Source: a virus
Lineage: Duplodnaviria; Caudoviricetes
Direction: 5' to 3' (one strand)
IMG/VR virus record: IMGVR_UViG_3300010348_001730
Location: 1-64,000 of that record
Length of the DNA stretch: 64,000 nucleotides
Each line of letters starts with the position of its first letter. Positions within the stretch are counted from its first letter, which is position 1. The notes beneath the pieces are model-generated. The model did no database searches. It saw only the letters and a program-made list of their open reading frames with translations, and was not told the DNA's origin. Positions 32,010-41,403 of this stretch are shown piece by piece. A program made the position numbers and the translations under genes.

Positions 32010-32811
32010 CAATTTTATTACTCTATATATATATTATAGAGGATTAGTCATTTCTGCTAATCTCTTCATTTCCCAATGAAGTTTGGACTATCTCATCATC
32101 TGATTTCTCAGAGTTTAACGTAGGAATAGGAAACTTATACTCAAAAGATTTAAAAATATATGGTTTGCATCCTTCATATAATTTATTATAATCTTTATTT
32201 CTAAGTCTCAATTCGTAATATCCTTTGTTATTTACAACATTAAACATTATTCCTAAATTTTCTTCAATCGCTTTTTTTATCAATAAATTATCTCCATATG
32301 AAAATGAATTTGTATGAATATACAAATTAGATAGTCTTCCATCTTTTGTAGATGAAGAACCATCATCTTGGATTAATATTGTTAAAGATTCAAAATCTAA
32401 TAATTTAAGATAATGAGGATTAATTACTTTCTTATTTTGTAAATACAATCGTTTTCTTAATTTTTCATAAATAGGATGAGTCCTACTTCTGATAACTTTA
32501 TTTTGAGAATGATTTTTATTTTTAATTTTTCTATCATACTCTGAACAATTGGTAATATTTTCTAAAATACTTTTTTTCCACATCAAATAATCTAAATTAT
32601 CAACATTATGTGAAATAGATATTCTTGAGTTTTTACCATGTTTCTCTAACGATCCGTCTCCCATTATAAAAAATGAGAGTAATTTAATTAATTCTTTTCT
32701 ATTCATAGTCTCTACACAACTCATATCGAGTTAGCACGGGATTTTCTGTTCTAGATTTTCCCCGTTTTTAGTTAAATTTTCTATGTTAATCACTTAACAA
32801 AGCCCCCGTTG
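32010..32811 (-). mobile_element. Group I intron 2 in nrdJ (802 nt)
   Basis: Removal restores GTNP|CCEI; 5' exon ends in U, intron ends in G; P1 CCCU/GGGG; core elements ACGGGGAAA, AAUCCCGUGC, GUAGAGACUA and GAGAUAGUCC (P7). Confidence 0.85.
32044..32724 (-). CDS. LAGLIDADG homing endonuclease (intron-encoded)
   Basis: 'LSFFIMGDGSL' and 'LTILIQDDGS' motifs; 'LYIHTNSF'. Confidence 0.85.
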   Translation of the reverse strand: MSCVETMNRKELIKLLSFFIMGDGSLEKHGKNSRISISHNVDNLDYLMWKKSILENITNCSEYDRKIKNKNHSQNKVIRSRTHPIYEKLRKRLYLQNKKVINPHYLKLLDFESLTILIQDDGSSSTKDGRLSNLYIHTNSFSYGDNLLIKKAIEENLGIMFNVVNNKGYYELRLRNKDYNKLYEGCKPYIFKSFEYKFPIPTLNSEKSDDEIVQTSLGNEEISRND

Positions 32812-33417
32812 AGGGTTTGTACCCCAATCTCTATCATTAGTTAAATATATACCAGGCTCACCACTTCCTGATGCTTCAATTCTTTCCCAAACTTTATCAA
32901 ATGTTTTTTTGTCAATTTTATGACGTAATAAAGTTACAGAATTGTTTGCTCTACCTCTTTGAGGATTAGTTTCCCACCAATTACCAGCTTTACAATTTAA
33001 CATAGCATCACTATCTAAATCAAATAAACTAATCATAGCAGCACGTCTAATACCTCCTGCCAATACTGCATCTGCAATATGACATTGTATATCGTGACAT
33101 TCAATATCAGTTAATTTAGAAGATTCTTCTTTTTCTCTTAAAATAGCTTCAATTTTTACTAATGCTATTCTTAATGGTTCAGGACCAGGTGCTTTACCAC
33201 CAGCTGTAACTAATAGCGCTCCTTTTGGTCTAATATCTGACAAATCAAATTCTATATGTGAAGTAATACTACCAGTATAAGATTTAAATAATGTTTTAAT
33301 AGCATCAGCCCAACCAATAATACTGTCCTGAACAACGTATTTTTTCTTTCTATTATAATTAGGTTTTCTAATTTCAGGTAATTTGTCAATATGGTGATTT
33401 TGTACACTATAACCAAC
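32812..33417 (-). CDS. nrdJ: Class II ribonucleotide reductase, exon 2
   Basis: 'VGYSVQ...IRPKGA..VTAGGKAPGPEPL...VLAGGIRRAAMISL...RGRANNS...GEPG...GTNP'; 202 codons. Confidence 0.9.
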
Positions 33418-33660
33418 CACGGTTTGTTATCGTAGCTTTTTTAATTACTACTTCTGTATTTTCTTTTGTTATATACAGTTCAGACTATCTCTTCATTTTT
33501 ATAAAAAAAATGTTGGACGCTCTTGGATATATTATATTCTAATTAAAAAAGAAGTTTCAGCCGCTGCTTCACCGTAAAATTCCCTCTTTCAGAATTCACT
33601 GTTATCTTCTTTTATAATTAGTTTCAATATCTAGTCGTTGCACCTTCAAGTAGTGTTTAA

Positions 33661-34470
33661 CTACAAGCTTGGCTCAGGATTGTCCACTTCTGGAGTTTCC
33701 CTGAATTCATCCAATTTTACACGGGCGTTGGAAATATAAAATTGCTCCTTATATAATTTATCAATATTTCTTCGTATAGTAGGTGAAGATACTTTTAAAT
33801 AATTAGCAGTCATTTTAAAACTTTCAAATTCTAAAATTTCATTATTTACAGTGTTGTAAATAAATATTTTTTTATTATTTTGTTTAAAATTTAATCTCCC
33901 AATATATTTTCCTGGATTTTCACCATAAGTTATTTGATAGTTTTTCCATCTTTTAACTTTTTTACTTAATACTTTTTCTAAACTACTTTGAGGAACATTT
34001 AGTATTTTAACACATTCTGAACAAGAATTAAAATTTTGTATAAAATTACCATTTAAATCAAAAATAGAAATTTTAACAGTATTTGTTGGTTTAATTAAAT
34101 TATTTTCATACTTATATTTTAAAGTATTACTTATTTTTAATTTTTGAGAATTTGATATAATTTTATTTTTATAACCCTCTCCTCTATCATCATGGTTTGT
34201 TAAATTATAATTATATTTTAAAGCTTTTTTAATATAATTTTTTTCAACTTCATGTGAATAAGACCAACCTTCTACAATTTTTAATTCTTTTATTTTTGGT
34301 ATTAAACCTTGTTTTAATAAAGATTGAATCCAAAAATCCCGATGTGTCTGTTTTAATTTGGATTTTGAAATATGACCAATTAATCTTTTATTTAAAGATT
34401 GCGTTGTTCTACCTATATATCTTATTTTACAAGTTATAGGATCTATTAATGTGTATATTTTTACTTTCAT
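33661..34470 (-). CDS. GIY-YIG homing endonuclease with NUMOD1-like repeats (intron-encoded)
   Basis: 'IYTL...RYIGRT...KRL..H...E..YI...LTN'; C-terminal 'FDLNGNFIQNFNS' and 'FESFKMTANYL' repeats; ATG at 34470. Confidence 0.85.
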   Translation of the reverse strand: MKVKIYTLIDPITCKIRYIGRTTQSLNKRLIGHISKSKLKQTHRDFWIQSLLKQGLIPKIKELKIVEGWSYSHEVEKNYIKKALKYNYNLTNHDDRGEGYKNKIISNSQKLKISNTLKYKYENNLIKPTNTVKISIFDLNGNFIQNFNSCSECVKILNVPQSSLEKVLSKKVKRWKNYQITYGENPGKYIGRLNFKQNNKKIFIYNTVNNEILEFESFKMTANYLKVSSPTIRRNIDKLYKEQFYISNARVKLDEFRETPEVDNPEPSL

Positions 34471-34474
34471 AATA

Positions 34475-34506
34475 CAAATATACAATATTTTTATTTAATT
34501 TCCAAA
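34475..34506 (-). promoter_or_regulatory. Bacteroidota sigma70 promoter inside intron 1 driving the endonuclease
   Basis: TTTG-N20-TATATTTG, a perfect -33/-7 consensus, a few nt upstream of the HEG ATG. Confidence 0.7.
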
Positions 34507-34541
34507 TATTTTACTAATTATTTTATAATTTTATTTATTAT

Positions 34542-34877
34542 ACCCGTACCACCTAATAGTAAAAACATAGTTTCACTAAAACTACGTATATCATCAATAG
34601 GTAAAAAAGCACAATTGTAAATTCTAGAATTATTTAAGTTTATTGCTCTACCACCAAACTGTAACGAACGCATTGATGGTAATATTTTTTTAGGAAATAC
34701 AAAATCTTTGTAAATTCCTCGAATATCTGCTTCTAATTGCGGATATTTTGTAATATGCATATTCATATTACGAGTAACTAATTCCTCCCAAGTTTCTCTT
34801 CTTTCTAACTCAGGTAGATATTTTGCATATTTTGTATATACAGTAATATCACTTAAAATTTTTTTATCTAACTCCAT
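34542..34877 (-). CDS. nrdJ: Class II ribonucleotide reductase, exon 1
   Basis: 'KYAKY...RRETWEE...LPSMRSLQFGG...YNCAF...FLLLGGTG'; 112 codons; spliced product 619 aa. Confidence 0.9.
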
Positions 34878-34901
34878 TCAATCTCTCTGCAAAAATTTTA
34901 A

Positions 34902-35729
34902 TTATCTTCCTTTAAATTCTGGATAGAGTTCTTTTGCCCTATCACTTTGATAATATTCTTTAGTATCTATATTCATAACTGTAATTCTACCAAACCATCC
35001 ACCTCCTGTGTCAAGGTTCCATATATTTGCAGCATGCATAGGAGTATCTTTTCCCCAAAATTCTGTTGAAGTATGTCCAATGAATATTTCTTTGAACTCA
35101 TCAACCATTTTAAATTTTGGTTTATAATTAGCTATAGGATCAGGAACATCATGAACAGGACATCTATCCATACCTACCATAGATTCATAAGATAAAGCTT
35201 GACTCCACAAATCTCTATCCCACCAATAAACAAATTCATCCTGATCTTCTAACTTATAATGTCTGTTAAAACCACCATGAATAAATAGTCTACCTTTTTC
35301 ATCTTCGTAATAAGGTAACTGATTCTTAAACAAATCCCTATGAGACTGAGGAATCATATAAGGTTTTAAATTTCTTAAAATACCCATATGTTGTTCATCA
35401 ATAGCTCTTGCAGGGTTACCATTAATCATACAATTTTTAGCGTAAGAAAATCCTGTTGCAGCTTGTCCTTGTTGCCAATTTGTAGCTGGAATACCTGTTG
35501 TAAGAAAATCATTCCACCAATCATCATGGTTACCTTTAACTAAATGTTTATTTTTGATTTTAAGTAATTCTTCAATTACTTCAAATGTTTCAGAATGACC
35601 ATCACATAAATCACCTAATGAAATAAGTTCATCATTTTCATAATCAAACCCTGCTCTTTGTAAAGCTTGTTTAAAACCTTTATAGTTACCATGAATGTCA
35701 CCTACTACAAATTTTCTTTTATTTTTCAT
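34902..35729 (-). CDS. Calcineurin-like metallophosphoesterase (Ser/Thr phosphatase family)
   Basis: 'GDIHG', 'LGDLCD', 'GNHD', 'HGG', 'GHT', 'LDTG'. Confidence 0.9.
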   Translation of the reverse strand: MKNKRKFVVGDIHGNYKGFKQALQRAGFDYENDELISLGDLCDGHSETFEVIEELLKIKNKHLVKGNHDDWWNDFLTTGIPATNWQQGQAATGFSYAKNCMINGNPARAIDEQHMGILRNLKPYMIPQSHRDLFKNQLPYYEDEKGRLFIHGGFNRHYKLEDQDEFVYWWDRDLWSQALSYESMVGMDRCPVHDVPDPIANYKPKFKMVDEFKEIFIGHTSTEFWGKDTPMHAANIWNLDTGGGWFGRITVMNIDTKEYYQSDRAKELYPEFKGR

Positions 35730-36099
35730 GTTCTATTAATTTTTTTCTTAAAGTTTCAATAGGAAACGTAATAGGACCATATTCTGAATCAGAACAATCA
35801 AAAATTACTTGATTTCCTACTAAACTTAAATAAGCGTTTCTGTTGTATTTTGCTTCACCTAAAAAAACATAAGACATTTTGACATCTTGGTCAGTCTGAC
35901 TAATCTGACTAGTCTGACTAACCAGACTTTGTAATTTTTGAATGTACAAAATAGCATCCATTAATTCTTGTTTTAAGTGTTCTAAAAAATCATCAGAATT
36001 ATTTTCAGCTAACGTTGTACCATATTTTTTAATACCTAATTCAGAACGTTTTCTGAATTGATTAATTATACTTTCTACAATAGAATCTGTTTTACTCAT
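35719..36099 (-). CDS. All-alpha NTP pyrophosphohydrolase-like protein with C-terminal extension
   Basis: 'R..LGIKKYGTTL...LEHLKQELMDAILY' motif; linker encoded by 9-nt tandem repeats. Confidence 0.55.
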   Translation of the reverse strand: MSKTDSIVESIINQFRKRSELGIKKYGTTLAENNSDDFLEHLKQELMDAILYIQKLQSLVSQTSQISQTDQDVKMSYVFLGEAKYNRNAYLSLVGNQVIFDCSDSEYGPITFPIETLRKKLIEHEK

Positions 36100-36215
36100 T
36101 ACTAATTTATTTTAGTTTATAAATTTTCTTTGATGAATCTGAAGATGATTTTTATTATCTTCAGATTCAAACTTCAGAAAAGACAATATTCTGTCAATAT
36201 TGTCGATAAACATAA

Positions 36216-36476
36216 TTATTTTACTTTAAAAACTTCTCCTGCAATTTTAATTGCATTAATAGTTCTTGGGTCAACACTACGATAACCTTTATCTTGTGCA
36301 GAATACATACGAATATATCCTGTACGAGTAGTATTTTCTTTTTTACACAGTCCATTAATAGTTCTGTCATTACCATCTTTCTTTACAAAAGTTACAGTAA
36401 AGAATTTACCAGCATTGTCATTAATCATGCTGACTGCTTTTGTTCGAGTTATTGTTTTATTTTTACTCATTTTCAT
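36216..36476 (-). CDS. Small SH3/WYL-like beta-barrel protein
   Basis: 'FFTVTFVKKDGNDR...YRSV...I..IKI' pattern. Confidence 0.55.
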   Translation of the reverse strand: MKMSKNKTITRTKAVSMINDNAGKFFTVTFVKKDGNDRTINGLCKKENTTRTGYIRMYSAQDKGYRSVDPRTINAIKIAGEVFKVK

Positions 36477-36612
36477 TAATTTTAGATTTTAAACCTCTTG
36501 ATTTTTTAGTGAATACTCCTCCACTAACTGTTTTTACATTTTTGTCAGGTGTTAAACCCATACCTCCAATAGTGTAAAATATTTTTCTTCTTGTTTTCTT
36601 TTCTGAAGCCAT
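36463..36612 (-). CDS. Small basic hypothetical protein (49 aa, not in the ORF track)
   Basis: ATG overlaps the prs stop; MASEKKTRRKIFYTIGGMG...NENE*. Confidence 0.4.
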   Translation of the reverse strand: MASEKKTRRKIFYTIGGMGLTPDKNVKTVSGGVFTKKSRGLKSKINENE

Positions 36613-37526
36613 TAGAATATGTTTAATTGTTTTAATTTATGTAACTGATTATCATTTACAAGTGAGAAATTATCATCATTCATATCAACATATGAATTAG
36701 TACAATAAATACCATCAAAATATTTATTAAGTTCTTTTAAACCTTTTGAAAATATTCCATGAGTTATTATTAAATATATTTTTGGTTGCTCAACAGAATT
36801 ATGAACTCTATCTCTAATAGTTTTTGCAATATTAATAAATGTTGCGCCACCATCACAAATATCATCTATAATAATAAGATCTTTACCCGTAAATTCATAA
36901 GGTACATTTACTTTACTTAATTGACCATGTTCATCACGAGACTTACTACAAGTAATAATATCTCCTTTATAACCAATTTGTTCAGCTACTTTAAAAATCT
37001 TTTTATTTGCACCAGAATCTGGAGATACTAAAATAAAATCATCATCATAAAATTTTCCAGTATCTTCTGATAATTTTAACATAGAAGAGAGACTAAATTT
37101 AATTAAATCTAAGTTACTATTTTTGTTAAAATTATTTAAACAAGCTTCTAACACATCACTATGAGGATCTAAAACAGTTACAGAATCAAAATTCAAACTA
37201 TTGATAATAGGACAAATTACATCTTTAAGATAATTATTAGAACCTTCTTCAAATTTTCTATCACTTCTACTTCCTAAGAAATAAGGAGTATAAAGATTAA
37301 TATTTTGAATTCCTAATTCTCTTAATGATTTTGTAGCACAAATAATTAATTCTAAATCTTTAAAATTGTTTAATCTTGCTTTTATTTGAACATCTGTTCT
37401 TAAATGAGGTTCACCATATTGATAATCTTCATCTTCAAAAAGATCTTTACAACTTAATATTTTAACTTGTTGTTGACCATCTGGAAATCTAGAAATTTCA
37501 TATTTAATTTCCAAATTTTTAGACAA
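36612..37526 (-). CDS. prs: Ribose-phosphate pyrophosphokinase-like protein
   Basis: 'FPDGQ', 'PYFLGSRSDR', 'DPHS', 'VSPDSGA', 'IIDDICDGGATF', 'THGIFS', 'TNS'. Confidence 0.85.
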   Translation of the reverse strand: MSKNLEIKYEISRFPDGQQQVKILSCKDLFEDEDYQYGEPHLRTDVQIKARLNNFKDLELIICATKSLRELGIQNINLYTPYFLGSRSDRKFEEGSNNYLKDVICPIINSLNFDSVTVLDPHSDVLEACLNNFNKNSNLDLIKFSLSSMLKLSEDTGKFYDDDFILVSPDSGANKKIFKVAEQIGYKGDIITCSKSRDEHGQLSKVNVPYEFTGKDLIIIDDICDGGATFINIAKTIRDRVHNSVEQPKIYLIITHGIFSKGLKELNKYFDGIYCTNSYVDMNDDNFSLVNDNQLHKLKQLNIF

Positions 37527-37588
37527 CTATTTTTAAATTATTTATAACCATCGGTTAAATATAAACTGTTTATTTTAAATGACATGTT

Positions 37589-38680
37589 TTAATTTTTTAT
37601 TCTTGTTATAATATCCTCATATCCAATAAGAATATTGTTAATCCACTTCTCATCTACTGTGTTCATAAGAACAAGTATGTGTATCTGTGCTTCGTGATTT
37701 TTTCTTTTTCTAATAATTCTACCTATTCTTTGAAATAAATTCTTAGGGTTAGAATTACATTGAAGTATTACTCCAATATCAAGATTTTTAATATTTTCAC
37801 CTTCATTTAAAGATTCAACTACACCTAATCTGTTAATTTTTTCATTAACAAATAAATCATAGTATTTATCAGTTGTTTTAGAATGATAAATTTCAGTCAT
37901 AATTTCCTCAATTTGTTTAATGCTTTGAGAAAATATTAAAATTCTTTTATCTGAAGGTAATTTAGCTAAGAGTTTCTTAGCATATTCTGTTTTTGTACTA
38001 GAATTATAAATAAATCTTGCTCTTAAAAGATAATCCATTTGAGTAGGAAAAGCTTTTTCATCTATTTTTTTACATAGATATTCATACATACCTTTTTCTG
38101 ACTGAAGAAAACTTATTTTCTTAGTTTTTACTCTAATGTTTCTAATAACATTAAGATTTAATTCATGAAGATAAATTTTAAGAGGTGCCACAATTCCGAT
38201 TTCAATAGCTTTTTTTAAAGATAATTCATATATAATATTACATTTTAACATGTTAAATAATATATGTTTTTTTTGGTCATCTCGTGGAATTGTTGCAGTT
38301 AAAACTAATAATTTTAATCTTTCATGATGATTTTTAAATGGTTGTACATTATTTATACTTATATTATGACCTTCGTCTAAACAACAACCATCATATTGAC
38401 TTAAATCTATTTTAGAAAGACTTGCGTAACAACATCTGGTAATATAAGTGTTATAAATATGTAATTTATTCCATTTTTTAAATTCTTCTTTCCAATTTTT
38501 ATCTCGTAATTTTTCAGTAGGAACTACTAATAACCAAGGTTTTTTTTCTTTAGAAACTATATCTATTAAAATTTTACTTTTTCCTGAACCAGTAGCTAAT
38601 GCAGCAGTACCTTTACAATTATTTTCGTACCATTTTTTTTCTACATCTTTCTGTATTTCTTCTTGCAAGTTCATTATCAA
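37589..38680 (-). CDS. Superfamily 2 helicase
   Basis: 'ATGSGKS', 'DEGH', 'LTAT', 'LNEG', 'QRIGRIIR'. Confidence 0.85.
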   Translation of the reverse strand: MIMNLQEEIQKDVEKKWYENNCKGTAALATGSGKSKILIDIVSKEKKPWLLVVPTEKLRDKNWKEEFKKWNKLHIYNTYITRCCYASLSKIDLSQYDGCCLDEGHNISINNVQPFKNHHERLKLLVLTATIPRDDQKKHILFNMLKCNIIYELSLKKAIEIGIVAPLKIYLHELNLNVIRNIRVKTKKISFLQSEKGMYEYLCKKIDEKAFPTQMDYLLRARFIYNSSTKTEYAKKLLAKLPSDKRILIFSQSIKQIEEIMTEIYHSKTTDKYYDLFVNEKINRLGVVESLNEGENIKNLDIGVILQCNSNPKNLFQRIGRIIRKRKNHEAQIHILVLMNTVDEKWINNILIGYEDIITRIKN

Positions 38681-38948
38681 GTTTTAATTTTAATATTTCA
38701 AAAGCTAGATTTTCATTCATCGTCATAGATCCTTGAAAAAATTCAAATTTTTTATCAGATAAGATAAGAGTTTTTAAATCTTCTTCAATATGAATATTAC
38801 ATCCTCTTTTTTTAAATCCAAAATGTTCATTTAAAGGTCTTAAACGACAACCATATGTAGATGAAAATTGGATATTTAAAGAAACAACTATAATATTATA
38901 TTTAATTTCAGAACCTTTTTTAGTTTTATGATAAATAATTTTAGCCAT
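38619..38948 (-). CDS. Hypothetical protein (shared motif family)
   Basis: 109 aa; 'NENLAFEILK'. Confidence 0.45.
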   Translation of the reverse strand: MAKIIYHKTKKGSEIKYNIIVVSLNIQFSSTYGCRLRPLNEHFGFKKRGCNIHIEEDLKTLILSDKKFEFFQGSMTMNENLAFEILKLKLDNELARRNTERCRKKMVRK

Positions 38949-39195
38949 TTAATTTTTCAATTTTTTGTTTAATTATTTCTTTACCTAGCTTAATATTATT
39001 TATATCCTCACTTAAAAATAAATTTATAACATTATCTTCTAAAAAAAGATTTATTTTTATTTCAGATTTAAAAAAATCTGAAGCTAGAAAAATGTTTTTA
39101 TGAATAATATCATTAATTATTAATAATTTTAATTCACAAATTCCAATTGTAAAATTATTTTTAGTATCTCGATATAAAATAGTATACTCTTTCAA
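38941..39195 (-). CDS. Hypothetical protein (shared motif family)
   Basis: 84 aa; 'LFLSEDINNIKLGKEIIKQ'. Confidence 0.55.
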   Translation of the reverse strand: MKEYTILYRDTKNNFTIGICELKLLIINDIIHKNIFLASDFFKSEIKINLFLEDNVINLFLSEDINNIKLGKEIIKQKIEKLNG

Positions 39196-39197
39196 AA

Positions 39198-39467
39198 TTA
39201 TTTTTTTAAAACTTCATATTTTTCAATAATTAATAAACAAGAATCACCAACTTTCCATTGATTTTCTAAACTAAATGGAATTTCAACTTCTATAGTATTT
39301 TTATTATCTTGTACCCATATTCTAGGAAGAGTTGCGACTCTTCCAACATGTCCTTCAGAAAAAGCTGAAACTTTACCTTTTATTACTTCTTGACCAACAT
39401 GTCTATATTGAGGTTCTTCACAAGAAAACAATGATATTAGAAACAATAAAAATAATATTTTTTTCAT
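39198..39467 (-). CDS. Putative lipoprotein
   Basis: MKK + hydrophobic stretch + 'LFSC' lipobox. Confidence 0.65.
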   Translation of the reverse strand: MKKILFLLFLISLFSCEEPQYRHVGQEVIKGKVSAFSEGHVGRVATLPRIWVQDNKNTIEVEIPFSLENQWKVGDSCLLIIEKYEVLKK

Positions 39468-39766
39468 TGTTGTAGTTTATTACGTTCATCTCTAAGTCTT
39501 GCAGCATCTTCATAACGTTGTTCTGCTACAGCTTCTGCAATTTTAGTATCATATTCCTTAATAACTTCATTCTTTGTTTTCTTAGGAACATATACTGTAA
39601 CAATTTTAGTCATTGTATCGTCATGAGAAGTAAATGTTCTTGTAATAATTTTACAATCTTCAGTATTAGTGATTTCTTCACTAACAATTCCTAAATCCAC
39701 TAATTCTGAGAAATTTAATCCTTCTTGAATACCGTTTAATAACCAATCAATAATTGTTTGTTTCAT
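39464..39766 (-). CDS. UVR (UvrB/UvrC coiled-coil) motif protein
   Basis: C-terminal 'IAEAVAEQRYEDAARLRDE'. Confidence 0.7.
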   Translation of the reverse strand: MKQTIIDWLLNGIQEGLNFSELVDLGIVSEEITNTEDCKIITRTFTSHDDTMTKIVTVYVPKKTKNEVIKEYDTKIAEAVAEQRYEDAARLRDERNKLQQ

Positions 39767-39767
39767 T

Positions 39768-40715
39768 TTATTTATCTTTTGTTTCTGTTAATTGAAAATT
39801 TTTCCAGATCATACTTGATCCTTTTTTAAATTGAGTAAAATCCCAATGTTCTCTTCTGGTTTCAACTCTGAATAACCAGTCAAAATACATTCCCCATCTT
39901 GAAGCTACGTATGGTGATGTATTTAGTGTGGGAGCAGTATTAACCTCCAGTACATAAGCAGTACCTCCACATAACATTACATCAACACCACTCATATCTA
40001 AACCAATTGCGGCTGTAGCTTTAAGGGCTTCTTCTAAAACACATTTAAGATTTTGATCATCTACTTGATTCCAAGAAATATAAGTAAAAGGTTCTGTATC
40101 ATTTTGTGCTCTATTCCAAGCAATGTTACCATTATTAGGATTAGATTTTTCCATTACTGCTAACACTTTACTATGTGCACAGTGAATTCTAAACTCTCTT
40201 TCTTTATTAATAAATTGAGAATAATACCAACTGGAATTATTTCTAACGTAATGATTTACAAATTCTTCTCTTGTATTTAAAACTACAAAGTTTTTTCCTT
40301 TTGAATGTGTAAATGGTCGTGCAATAATAGGTAAATATTCTTCTCTGAATGTATCAGGTGTTACAAGAGCAGGTGTGTTTACATTGTTTGCTATAAATGT
40401 TTCTCTTGATAATCTTTTATCAGTAGCAATAGCAATTGCTTTAGATTGATTATAAACAATTGTTGTTTTATCAGTATCTATTTCTTCTCTTGTTCCCCAA
40501 CGAACAACTATCGAGTTAAGAAAACTCATAGTTTTTTCTTTTATTAGCGTTCTAGTATTATTTGTGAATACACGATAATATTGTTTAAGTAGTTTTCTAC
40601 CAATTTTACTAAACACTTGTCTTCTTTGAACTAACGTTCCAGATGACATAGACGCATATACTTCTAAAGTTGAAGGTCTACCATGTTTTCCAGTTAGTAT
40701 TATTTTATTTTTCAT
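39768..40715 (-). CDS. ATP-grasp ligase (RimK-like, phiEco32-type)
   Basis: 'VRWG', 'DKR', 'REFRIH', 'GLDMSGVDV', 'LEVNTAP'. Confidence 0.85.
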   Translation of the reverse strand: MKNKIILTGKHGRPSTLEVYASMSSGTLVQRRQVFSKIGRKLLKQYYRVFTNNTRTLIKEKTMSFLNSIVVRWGTREEIDTDKTTIVYNQSKAIAIATDKRLSRETFIANNVNTPALVTPDTFREEYLPIIARPFTHSKGKNFVVLNTREEFVNHYVRNNSSWYYSQFINKEREFRIHCAHSKVLAVMEKSNPNNGNIAWNRAQNDTEPFTYISWNQVDDQNLKCVLEEALKATAAIGLDMSGVDVMLCGGTAYVLEVNTAPTLNTSPYVASRWGMYFDWLFRVETRREHWDFTQFKKGSSMIWKNFQLTETKDK

Positions 40716-41008
40716 TTTTTGATATTTTTAATTCTTTGTTTAATTATTTCTACAGCTAATAGAAATTGTAAATGATCTGATGAAAAAAGTAAATCATATA
40801 CTTTTTGTTTTATAAAAGTATGTGAACTTCTTATTTTACGAGGTTTTAAAAAAAATTTATTAATTTCAGAAATAGTTTCATTATTTATTAAATTGTATAT
40901 TGTTAAATATTTTTCATTCTTTAAAGGAATTTCATAATAACTAATTAATTTATTATGTTCAGCAATTTCTATTTTATAAATTTTTAATTTTATTATTTTT
41001 TCTTCCAT
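40712..41008 (-). CDS. Hypothetical protein (shared motif family)
   Basis: 'LLFSSDHLQFLLAVEIIKQ'. Confidence 0.55.
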   Translation of the reverse strand: MEEKIIKLKIYKIEIAEHNKLISYYEIPLKNEKYLTIYNLINNETISEINKFFLKPRKIRSSHTFIKQKVYDLLFSSDHLQFLLAVEIIKQRIKNIKK

Positions 41009-41403
41009 TTTATAGGAGATCTTAAATATTCATAATAATTTGGAAATATTTGTTTAAATATCACAGAAGCTAAACTTAAATTAAGTTTATCTGAACTTTC
41101 TAAAAGAAGAAAAAAATATTCAGGTATTTCCACATATTTAACTCTTTCTAAAACATCTACTGTAAAATTTGAAAAATCATATTTTCTAGTAGATAACTTA
41201 TAAAAAATCCATTTGTAGTTTTTACCAATTGATTTACTTGGATCATTTATTATATTATTAATGTAATTATCTAAAATTATAATATTTAAATAGTAATACT
41301 GTTTTTTAATTCTACTTTTTTCAATTCTAAAATATACAGAATCACCATGATATCCTTTTACTTTTACAGTAGCTATTTCTTTTAATGTTTCATTCTTTTT
41401 CAT
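40993..41403 (-). CDS. Hypothetical protein (shared motif family)
   Basis: 'LLESSDKLNLSLASVIFKQ'. Confidence 0.55.
   Translation of the reverse strand: MKKNETLKEIATVKVKGYHGDSVYFRIEKSRIKKQYYYLNIIILDNYINNIINDPSKSIGKNYKWIFYKLSTRKYDFSNFTVDVLERVKYVEIPEYFFLLLESSDKLNLSLASVIFKQIFPNYYEYLRSPIKWKKK

Larger units (their letters stand above)
33418..34541 (-). mobile_element. Group I intron 1 in nrdJ (1124 nt)
   Basis: Removal restores LLLGGTG|VGYSVQ; exon ends ACGGGU and pairs with guide GCCCGU (33721-33726, U.G at the splice site); adjacent CCAAC pairs with 3' exon GUUGG; core GAAUUCAGGGAAAC, AAUCCUGAGCCAAGC, GCAACGACUAG, AAGAGAUAGUC; ends in G. Confidence 0.9.
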
